DNA from: a virus
Taxonomy: Duplodnaviria > Caudoviricetes
Length of the DNA stretch: 55,325 bases
IMG/VR virus record: IMGVR_UViG_3300017755_000007
Span: 1 to 55,325 of that record
Direction: 5' to 3' (one strand)
In this document: positions 29,601 through 41,600 of the stretch, piece after piece
Position numbering within the stretch: the stretch's first letter is position 1
Layout of the letters: every line of letters begins with the position of its first letter
The notes under the pieces: generated by a model
The model's input: the letters and a program-made list of their open reading frames with translations, nothing else
The model's database searches: none
Told to the model about the DNA's origin: nothing
Position numbers and translations under genes: made by a program

Positions 29601-32600
29601 ACCACTTAAATCATAAACACATACTGCACCTTGTTGTGCTTGATTGTTTGCTGCACCACTCCAACCGTTAGCACCGATGTAGACTTTATTGTTGAAGATA
29701 GCAACAGATTGTCCAAAGTAATCGTTAGATCTTTGGGTTAGATCAGAAGTACTCATATCAATTTTAACTTCATTACCACCATCTAAATCGTAGATGTAAA
29801 CTCTGCCTGCATTGGCAAGACCATTCATAGTTTCGCCATATGCACCAATAGCAATCTTACTATTTCCAATTGAAGTAGCATTTCCAAAGTAAGCGAAAGA
29901 AGATTTAACACCAGGGAAAAGTTGAACTTGATTTGAACCATCTTGATCATAAACATATACGGTTCCATTACTAGTAAGACCATCTGTAGATGCTAGACCT
30001 GCACCAATGACTACTTTTCCGTTTCCACTAGACATACTCTCAGCAGTTCGACCAATTTGGGAATTGTTAGCGAGTGCAGGAGTAAGTTTGATGTCATTTG
30101 CAGTTCCTGTAAAATCAAGAAGTGCTGTTGTATTACTCAGAATATTGAGTTTATTGACAAGAGTTGCAAATCCAAAACCAAATTCTGTGGTAATGAACAA
30201 TCTGTACCACCCATTACCAAAAGGAATTGCTCCATGCCCAGTAACAGTAAGACCAGAGGTAGTAAAGATACTTCCAATTTGTCCTGTGGTTAAATTGGCA
30301 TTGAAATGTGCGTTCTCAGTGCCAGAATCTAAGAATACTGTAAATCTTACATTGTTATATTCAGATGCTTTTACAAACATAGACGAGGTAAATGTTTGTG
30401 TTGGATTAACCGCACCACTATCAAATTTCAATGAACCACTATCAAATTTAGATCCATCACTATCAAAGGTATCAAATGAAGTTAAACTATAAGATCTTTG
30501 AATATGATGTTGTCCTGTGGTTTCAGTAATTGCAATTTTTTCAGAAGTAATTGTATTATCAGGGGAAGTTCCTGTATTTACAGATACTTCAGTTAATGCT
30601 GTTGTCCAATTAGAATCAAATTGTTCTGGAGTTGTCCAAAGATTAGTAGGAATTATAGAACCTTCAATTAGAGAAGAAATTGCACTAGCAGTTTCGATGG
30701 TTTTGACATTAGAAGTATCATTGTACCATTCATGTACAACGGACACACCATTCTCACCAATCGTTGCCGAGGCACCAGATGGAGCAGTTATAGAATCGTC
30801 ATCTGCAAAAATTGTTCCAACTAAGGAACCAATAATCATGGTGGATCCTGAACTATAAAGAACGGTTGCTGTTGTAGATCCATTAGTAATAGTTTCACCA
30901 GCAATAAATGTCCCGTAGAATGAAGAGAAAGTTAATGTATACGCAACTTGAGTATCTGTAGTGTTACTTGTTATGAAATCATATTCAATATTATTAACAA
31001 TATCTTCAACGAAAGAATTGTATACCCAAGAATCTTGACCAAACTGATTATTTACACTAGCAGCAATTTCTTGCTTGTAATAGTTTTCATTAAATAAGAT
31101 ATTCTTAACTGCACTTCTTGCTTCAATTTTTCCTGGGAATAATGTATTCAGAGCAGTATCAAGAAGTTCTCTCATTCTACAGGAAACTGTATCAATGTCA
31201 GTTGGAGTAATTGAATCTCTATATGCAGTATTATTTGTAAATGCTGCAGCATATTGAGGACTAGTTACATTAGTGCCTCTATCATAGAGAAGATTTTTAA
31301 TTGCTTTTTCACCAAGAGTTCTAATTTGCTCATTGGCAAAGAAGAATGTGTATAGTTCATTATCGATTGTGATAATTTTCAAATCAGTAGTCAAGAACTT
31401 CTGCATCTGAGTGATGGTACTATTATTACCACCAGTTTGAAGATCTGATATCATTGCAACAATAAGATCTTGAATATAACCAGAATAAACAGTTCTTGTA
31501 TAAGTTGCTGCTGTAAATGTTCCGCTATTCAGACTATAACGAAGTTCAGTTCCAAGCAATCCAAGATTAGTTGCAGATGTTCCAACAATTTCTTCTGCGA
31601 TGTATCCTCTGTTGAAGTACAATCTATCTGCAGCAGTATTGTAATCTAATCCAGTTGGTGCAATTAGATCATTGATAGCGTCAATTAAATTATCAATAGC
31701 AGTTTGTACATTTGCACACTGCCCACTATCATTAGTAATACCCCAATCACCAGTAATAATATTGTCTGTATTGGTATAATCAAGATCACCATTGATCGCT
31801 TGCTTCATATAGTAACCAAGTCTCTCATGTGCATATGCAGACTGCCAAACTTGAAGTCTGATATGTTGAATCTCATTAATGGTATTGAGATAGAATTTAG
31901 CAGCAGTGATTGTATTGTCATTACCACCATATTCAATATCATTTGCAATTTCACCAACGATAATAGCAAGGTCAGTCTTACAACGTTCTGTTCCTGCAGT
32001 ACCACCACCAACATTTCTTGGCATAGTAGAAGCAAGATCTGGATATCTAGAAAGCATATCAGCAGATGCTTTATCTACGATAACTGAAGCGTTTGCACGA
32101 ATTAAGTTTGCTGCATCACGGAATCTATAACGATCATCAGCACCAATACTATGTGCATAAACATAATCATTAGTTGCATCGTGATATGAGGATGTGAATG
32201 GAACTTCATAGTAAGCATCCACTGTTCCACCAACGAACTCAACAATAGGATCTACCTTTGTTATAGTGGCAATATGATCAGCATTAGCATCATTTGTTGT
32301 AGTTCCAATTGCCTCACTAATAGTATCCTCTACAATATCCAAGAGATTATTAACTGTGGATACAACGTCGGCACAATCAGATGTTGAATAATTCAAAACA
32401 GTTACTGCATCAGTATCTGCCGAGACGAATGTGTGAGGATATTGCTGTCCTACTGGTGATGCGCCAACATTCACAGTAAATGTGTTTGTTGTAAATGCAT
32501 CAATTTTAATAGTGCTTTCATGTACTGGATCAGTTGCTCTAGGATAAGCATTAACACACACATCCCCATCTGAGGTACAAGTAAACTTCAGAGAACCTGG

Positions 32601-35600
32601 AGCAATTCTAATATAATCACTAGTTGTAAGTGCATGAGGAGTACCAAAGGTAAGTACCATATTTCCATTTTCAGGAGTGTATGAAACTGTACTTGGAGTT
32701 AAAGTTGTAAGTGTTGTATAGGAAGAATCTGTAACAGTTGCATCAGTAAATTGAGTAAGTCCATGACTTCCAGTAATGGTGATAGGAATATAGTTAATAA
32801 TCGAGGACATATGACCTTGAATAGTTTGTAAACCAGTCAACAACTGATTATCATCAACTGTTGAATATCCAACAATACCACTAACAGGAGTTACGGTTCT
32901 ATCAACTAATCCCGCAGAAATATCCCAGATGTGACTATTACTTCCATTACGCATATCCTCAATCAACTCAGTCAAGACTGACTTATATGTCAGAGCAAAA
33001 TTAGTCGTGCTTAGGGACTGTGTATAATTCCAAACAAAAATTTCACCTGCAGATTCAGCATTATTGGGGTCAGCAAATTTACTACCAGCAATAACTCTAT
33101 TATCGCCAACTGCAAGTGCAAAATCATCTCCAAGATAATCATATTGAGATCCTTGTTCTGTGGAGTTTAGAACAAGTTGATTTGTTCCATCAAGATCATA
33201 AGCATAAATTTTACCAGCACTAGGTTGTACAATACCAGAACCATTTGTTATTGATCTAATAGGAGCGCCAACAAATACCTTTCCTTGATTTACAGCAACC
33301 GATGCCCCAAAATTACCACCAGTACCATCAGTACCAGCAGATGAAAGGACAACTTCATTAGTACCATCTAAATCGTAGATGTATGCATTATTGCGATATT
33401 TTGCACCAACTGCAATTTTATTTTCACCGATAGCAACATGCCAACCGAATCTATCATTTTCAGCAGGCGAAGTATGATTAATTTTAACCTGATTCGTTCC
33501 ATCAAGATCAAAAACATATACAGATCCAGTTGCTGAGGCAGTATCATCATCATATGGAGCACCAGTAACAATCTTATTATTTCCAATAGCAACTGAATGA
33601 CCCAACTCGTCACCAGTAGCAGCATCAGAAGCAACAATCTTAAGTTCGTTAGTACCGTCTAAATCAAAGCGATATACAGCACCTTTGGAACTATCATTTC
33701 CATATGCACCAACAACCAAGTAATTACCATCAATAGCAACAGAATGTCCGAAATAATTACTTGCTGCAGCATCACTGGCAGTAACTTTAATTCTATTAGT
33801 ACCATCTGCGTTAAAGATGTAGACTGAACCTGAATTAGTTCCATCATCAGAGTCAGATGGAGCACCAACTGCAACCTTATTATTGTTTACAGCAACTGAA
33901 TAACCAAAAGTATCATTTTGTCCAGCATTTGAAGAACCTGCAGTTATCTTAACCTGACTTCCACCATTTAGATCAAAGATATATGCAGATCCAGAATTCT
34001 CTGCATCATCATCATCTTGATACGCACCAACAACCATTTTATTCGTTGTTCCATCATCTGAAACAGCAACTGAAGATCCAAAGTAATCATATGCAACTGA
34101 ATCGCTAGAACCGTATACTGCAGCAGCAGTACTATAATCAAGTTGATATGGTGATGCTGCAGTAGCAACAGCATCACCCTCTTCAGAGAGAAGATCGATA
34201 TTCTTAAGAACTGCAGTAGCAGCATCATAGTATCTGTGGGTTTTGTTTGCAAATCCTCTAGGAGATGTCCCAACATTTACAGTAACTGTAGTTCCACTTA
34301 CTGCCGTTACATCAAGTGTAACACCGAATGACGGATCAGTAGAACGTGGATATGTATGATTTGTAACATAGTTATCCTTATCACAAGTAAATGTCAGGGA
34401 GTTTGCAGCAATAGTAAGAGTGGATGAAGTTGTATAACTATGAGACCCGATTGTAAGTACAAGAAGACCTGTAGATGAATCATAAGTTGCATCGGTTGGA
34501 GTCTTATTGGCACTATCGATAGTGATAGCGTTTGTTGTAGCACTTACAAACTGGTGTAAACCACCATATTGTCTAGTAGATCCAGTAATTGCATCATTGT
34601 TGAATTCTTCACCATCAGTAAAGGACTCAGTACCAGACCAATCTTGAGTATATGTTTGACCGTTTGTTCCATCAAAGTGAAGGAGGAGTTTGGTGTTTGC
34701 ATCACCGTGGAACATACCTGTGGGAGCAGTAAACGTTGCCGTGTAACGAGCACTGTTAGAGACTCTAAAGTCGTCAAAATATCCAGGAGTAACAGCAGAA
34801 CCTGCATAGTCAGCACCAATTCTAATTGGTTTTGTTGAACCGTAGTTGCTAGCGTCTGAGTATGTACCACCCTCTTGAGTGCCATTTAAGAACAACTTAG
34901 TGTCAGTACCACTTCTAGAAATAGCAACATGATACCAGGTATCAACTACAAGAGTTGTTGCGCCAGTAATAGTTACAGAACCATTATTGTAATACTTAAT
35001 ATTTGCACCATCGACATACAGATAAGGAGCAAGTTCCGTTGCACCAGATCTCATATCAAAAATAGTCTTACCACCAGCAGCAACACTGTTCAGTTTGATC
35101 CAGGTTTCAACAGTAAAGTCTCCAGAAGCAAATCCAAACTCTGTAGAAGTTGGAATAGTTAGATACTCATCAATAGGTACTGGACCAACGTTTACCGTGA
35201 TTGTAGTATCAGTTTCTGCTGTAATCGCGAGAGCAGAACCAGATGCAGGATCGGTAGCACGAGGATACGCATAATTATTAGTATTATTATCCGAACCACA
35301 AGTAAATACAATACCATCATCAACAATTGTTACTGTATTTGATGTTGTAAGAGTATGAGTACCGATAGTAATAACCATATCACCCGTGAATGGGTTATAT
35401 GTTGTTCCTGTAGCAGCAGTAAACGACCCTGTAGCGCCACCGCCAGCAATAATCGCATCATCAACACCACTTACAAAACTATGCGCTGACGTACCCTTAG
35501 AGAGTGCTAGACATGCGCTACCAAACTTAGAGTTTGCTGTATTAAGTTGAGCACCTGCAACAAATGATGCAGTATGATAGTCTTGACCTGTAGATTGAGA

Positions 35601-38600
35601 TCTACCAATTTTACCAAGATAAAGTGTATTTCTTGCTTGACTATATCCAATAATTTCTGCCTTAGTATCTGCTGTTCTGATAATTTGACCACTAGAGAAG
35701 AATCCACCACCAACAAGATCAGTAAAGGTTAGTTTTCTTACTGCCATATTTTCATTGGCACTAAAGTCGCCAGTATTACCGCCATAAAGAACACGGTAGT
35801 TTCTGATAAACTCATCATCAGTAAATTCACCAGTTTCATTATCGTAAATTACAATATTATTACTAATAGATTCATTATTAGGGAAATCTGCATTAAATGC
35901 AGTTACATTATCAGTAAAATCAACGATACTTACTTGTGAATTGGAAATATCATCAATAATCTTATTAGGATAACTAATTGATGTTAATCTGTTGAACAGA
36001 AGACCAAAGAAAGAAGATCCAGATGAAATATTAACCTGTTCAATAAACTCTTGAGTTATAGGATCCTGATATGCGCTAGTAGAAGTGATACGAGCAACAA
36101 CACCAGATTGAGCACCAATAATAACATCATTCAGTTGAATATTAAAGAGACCAGGTGTGGACTGATATGTTCCTGCAGTCTTACTTAAAGTTAAATCATT
36201 GGTAACTTCAATATCAGTAGAATACATTGGAGTGTCTTCCTGATGAGAAGTAGCTGCTGTCCCAAGTTGTCCTCTAGTTACGACAATAGTTGTCGAATCT
36301 GATCCATTGGTTACGGAGGTAACTGTAACAATTTCAGAGGCAATTTGATAATCATCATTCTCCACAAACGTTCCAATAGGAACTGGTGTATCAACACCTG
36401 CTGCTGTAGAAACTACCTCAACATTTGTAGTTGAAGCTCCAATACCATAGCGAAGTTTTGCAATAGGAGTTTCTTGACCCGTTTCAAGGTTAATTGTTTC
36501 TACGACTGCAAGATCTCCATCCAGATTTGTAATTTGTTCGTTAAAAACAAATAATCCATTGCTGTAGATACCACTATCAATAGTTTGAAGAGTTCCAGAG
36601 AATCCAGTAGCACCAACTTGACATTGCTCACCACTAACAAAAGTTCCTTCAGTGACAAATCCACGAATAGTATCACCAATAACATTAGTGACAGTAAGTC
36701 TTGCTCCAGAAGTAATTCCAATTAAAGTATTACCGACATTAGGGAAAATACCGCTCGTGAAAGAGAATTCCAAATCAACAGTTGCAATTTGCTGAATTCC
36801 TACGCTCACATACTTAACACTTGCTGGAGGTGAAGGTGGTTCTGAGAAAATAATTGAATCTCCTTGAACTTCGAAGGAAGCATCTGGAGTTTGTGCAACA
36901 CCATTTAGAACAACAAGAAGTTGATTAGCGTTAGCAATTACATTTTCACCATTAACTGTTAGTGGGAATTGCGTTCTTTCGCCATCAAATAAATTGGACA
37001 TATCATCAAGACGTTGAACAACGGAAGTGAGGATATTCTCAGAAGAGGTCAATCTTCTTTGACGGAATAAAACTTCAGTATTATTGAACTCAGAGTAAAT
37101 TGGTTCCGCCAGAGCAAAGTTTTGAATATTTGGTACAGTTGCTTCTCTAGCGAGTTCAACAGACTTAGTTAATTCAAAATCAATTTCTCTATTTGCGGTA
37201 TACCCATACTCTCCCAAATTAAGTTCACCAAAAACCTTAAATGATGCAGGGTGAACATTTTTAATTAGAATATCTTTCCAATCATCAATAGAAACCGAGG
37301 ACTTAACTGCATATGAGAAATCTTGATAATAGTAAGAGTCTTGAATTTTTTGAATAATCTCAGAAGGTTTTCCAACATCATCAATGAATTGACCCGTTGT
37401 CTTGGTAATAGGTCCAATCTCTAGAACACCTTTAGCAATATTAAGATCGCTAATAACACCAGAGGACTTAGAAATTACACCAGTAACTTTTTGATTTTCT
37501 GAGAAAACTCCCGTGTAGTCAACGACTTTTAAAATTCTAGGTCCAACTTGCCAACCTTGGTTTGTAGAAACAAATCCAGTAGCAGTTGCATTTTCTAAAC
37601 TATCTCCTTGGTAAACCATTTCACCTTCTAAGAAGGTCGAGGTAATAACATTTGCTTCTGCAGCTGCACCAAACGATTCTGTCAATACTTGCTGTCTACC
37701 CGTTCCAGCATTAGCAAATGTAATAGCATCACCCAATTCAGCGTTAGCTGGTGTAATAGCAAGTTTCAGTTGATCTCCATCAAGGGAATTTGCTGTACCA
37801 GTAATTGCATAATAAGTAGTGTTTCCATTAAGTCTACCAACAGCACCAGAAGCGAGTGGGAATTCTATACCATCACCAGTATCAACTACATTAAGAGTAA
37901 CTGCAGAACCATTTACAATTCCATGTGGGAATGCAAATTGGAGTAGTCCCAAATCAAGGTTTACAACATAGTTGAAAGAAGATTTCAAAGATACTGTTGG
38001 TGCAGAAGAATAACCAGCACCAGGATCTTTAATAAGTATTTGCTCAATTCTTCCATTTCTAATACTTGCTTCGGCAATAGCACCAGATCCACCACCACCA
38101 GTAATAATGATAGCAGGTGCTTGCGAGTAACCAGAACCAGGATCAGTAACTGTGATACTATCCAGAATACTAGTAGATGTTAATTGCGCGTTGATTGGGA
38201 AAGTGATTTCAGGGCGCAACGTATAGTCATGTGGATAATCATAACCAAAGTTATTATTCTTAAGTTTTTTAATCTTACCAACATTTGTACCTTTAGTGAA
38301 GATTACTGCACCAGTTCCAAATGGAGGGATAACAACGTTGATTGCAGCACCAGATCCAGTCAGTCCAGCTCCAAGAATTCCATCAATGGATTCAATATCA
38401 ATAAATGCAGTAGTGTATCCCTTACCAGGAGATGTAATTGTTACCTGTTGAATTTGACCAGGAATAGTAACACCTTCATCAGTTTGTCCATTAGCGACTA
38501 CAATTGTTACCAATCCACCTTCACCATCACCACTGATAGGAACACTGTTATATGTCCCAACCTGATATTCAGTACCAGGTTCAGAGATCTCTGCTCTTTC

Positions 38601-41600
38601 AATTTTTCTAGAAGACTCAATACCTGTTACAATAGGCAATCTAGAATAAAATCCACCAGAGTTAACTAATCTAATTTGACCTATACTACCAACACCTTTT
38701 TTCGAACTTGTCATGTAATTGGTGTTCGTAATGGTAGCAACTCCTTCTGGTTCATTAGACAGAGGGAATTTCATAGTTTTTGCACCAACTGTAATTGTTG
38801 CTCCAGTAACCTCACTAATAGTAAATGTTCCAACATATGGAGAATCAACAATATCCAGATAACTAGAGGGGTCTACAGGTGTATCTGCACCCGTTCTAGA
38901 TGGATCAAAGTAGTAAGAGATATTAGTAACAGTATCCTGACCAACTTTAAACTTAACTGTAGGAGTTGGTTGACCTTCTCCAGTGATACCAGGAGTACCA
39001 ATACGTTCAATAGAATTGAATGAATATTCAAGTTTATACAAATTATCTTTAGAGAAAGACAGGTTTGCACCAAGCATCGATGAGTGACTTAGATCAAACA
39101 GATACTGATGACCATAATACATTTTTAAGACAGGAGATTTACTGAAAATGCTAACATTTGCTGCATTTGGTGCTGGATCGGTTTGAGCAGCAGCAGGAAG
39201 TTTGTAAACGAATTCTCTATCGCTTACAACAGTATCAACAGTAAAAGAACCATCATATTCATCGTATACAGTTCCACCAGCAGTTTGAGAAGGATTGCCA
39301 TCAACTAAAATATTATGACCAACATCAAGATAATGTCTAGAAGATGTGATGATGTAAACTTCATCAGTATTAACAACACTTGTTGCTTGCAATACCTTAT
39401 CTAAGGTAGCAACTAAAGTAATTTTAGTGACACCTGTTAAATTAGTAATTTGAGCAGTAGTTTTAGCAGTATTGAAGCTAATATCAGATGCTGTAATACT
39501 TACAACTGATCCAGGAATAAACGAAGTGCTGCCAGAAACTTCTACAATTTGTACACTGTAAATATCAGCACCAAATGGTTTGAATTTTGCAAATGAATCT
39601 AGATTTTGTCCACCACCCGCATTATAACCAGTACCATCTAGATTATAATCATCCAAGTCTATATCAAAAGTACCAGGAGTAGTATTGACTATATCGCCAA
39701 ATACATATCTTTCAATTACATTTACATCACTTGGAGTTGTTCCAATAATACCATAAGTATCTTTCTCATCAAATTGTTCGGTTGACAATAAACCTGTATT
39801 AAGATCATCACTCCAAGAATTATTATTTACAGCAACATAAACTTTATTATTAGTGGTATCAGTTTTAATAACATAACCACTATTAATAAACGATCCTGCA
39901 TCTGTATTCAATACAAGTTTAGATCCTAAAGTAATTTGAAAATCTTGATTAAGTGATAATTCTTGAATATTATCAATTTTAACAGTATCCGTTACTTTCA
40001 TATAGTAACGATCTTTTACAACTGCAGATACTTTAAGTTTTTTAGATCCAGGAGAAGGAACGGTTGCTGTTCTGGAACTCCAGATATCAGAACTGTATGT
40101 TAACGTTTCAGTTCCTTCCTGCATCGTAGTTGTAGCATCTTCAAAATCCAATCCTTGGAATCCAGAAGTTCCAAGAGCAAATCCAGTAGAGGAAACAGTC
40201 ATACTAACTCCAGTTACTGGAGTTATTGCAGTTCTGACTAGTCCAATATTTGTAGTGCTTAGAATTCCTTTGTCGCCAAGTCTATCAGTATCAGAGTCTT
40301 TGTCTACTTTTAATCCCCAACCAATATAATCGATATAATCATAGCGACTTGTGTTAGTAGCAAACCAAGCATCATCTGCCCAATCCAATGCAAGAGCATA
40401 TGCTCCTACAGGAGGGATGGTAGTTACATCAGAAGGAACTGTAGGCGCAACAGCTCTATTTTTAAGTCTGACCGTATCAATATATCCTTGGAACTGCTCG
40501 TTAGAACGGAATTGACCAGTTGTTGTAGATCTACCAGGAATATTACCAAAATGAATATCTTTGTTGGTAAAAATAGTATCTGAGATAGTTCCAGTTAGAA
40601 TTTCGGTACTATTTACATATACCTTAAATACATTACCTTCTTTCTTAATACCAATAAATTGCCAAGAGTTATCAGCATACATTGTTGTCTGAGTAGACTG
40701 TATTGCTCCTCCTGCAGAATTAATTGACGTGGTGTCATTAGTAACAACTAACTCTAGTCTGCCACTACTTTCATCATAATATAACCAGAGACCACCTGTA
40801 GCATCAGTAGCATCACCAATACTAACCAAAGTATATTGTGTTTGACTGAAGGACTGATATTCAGATCCATTTTTATAGATCATGAACTCAAGAGTCCAAT
40901 CATCATTCAGTTTTGTTCCAAGTTCAGATCCAAGAATTTTTACTGTGGCATTTTCCCAACTAGATGGAGATGCAGTTTGATATCCTTGAATGAATGCATA
41001 ATCTGCTAAAAATCTTACAGAATCCCCTGTTTCAACAATTGAAGGTGTGTAGTGACCTGTAATATCAGTTGCTTGTGTTGCACCAGTAGTAAATGGTAAT
41101 ACAAACTCATTTCTATTCCATTGAGTTTGACCAAATGCATAGACATCACCAGAATTATCTACGGTGATGGCATTAACTGTGATACCTTCAATGTTATTTG
41201 CATTAAATTCACTATTAGTATGTTTCTTGAGAATACCATTATATCCAATTTTTGCAGTATCAACAGTTTTTAGTCCACTTGTACTATTAGTACTTGTATA
41301 CGCAATATTAAGATCTCCAAAAATATCAATACTACTTCTAGAAGCAAGTTCAATATTATTTCCTACAGGAGCAATATATCGATAGTTCCAAAGGAGATCT
41401 CCATTAGTATCAAGTTTTCCAATCCAGAAACTATCCTTTATAGTAGTATTGGACTTGAGTGCTAACGTTGAAGTGATATAAAACTCATTAAACTCATCAA
41501 CAATTAAACTAGTATCTCCAAATGAATATGTAACATTATTAATCTCCTTAATCCATTCAACAGTAATTACAGAAGTTCCAATAAGAACTTTACCAAAAGA

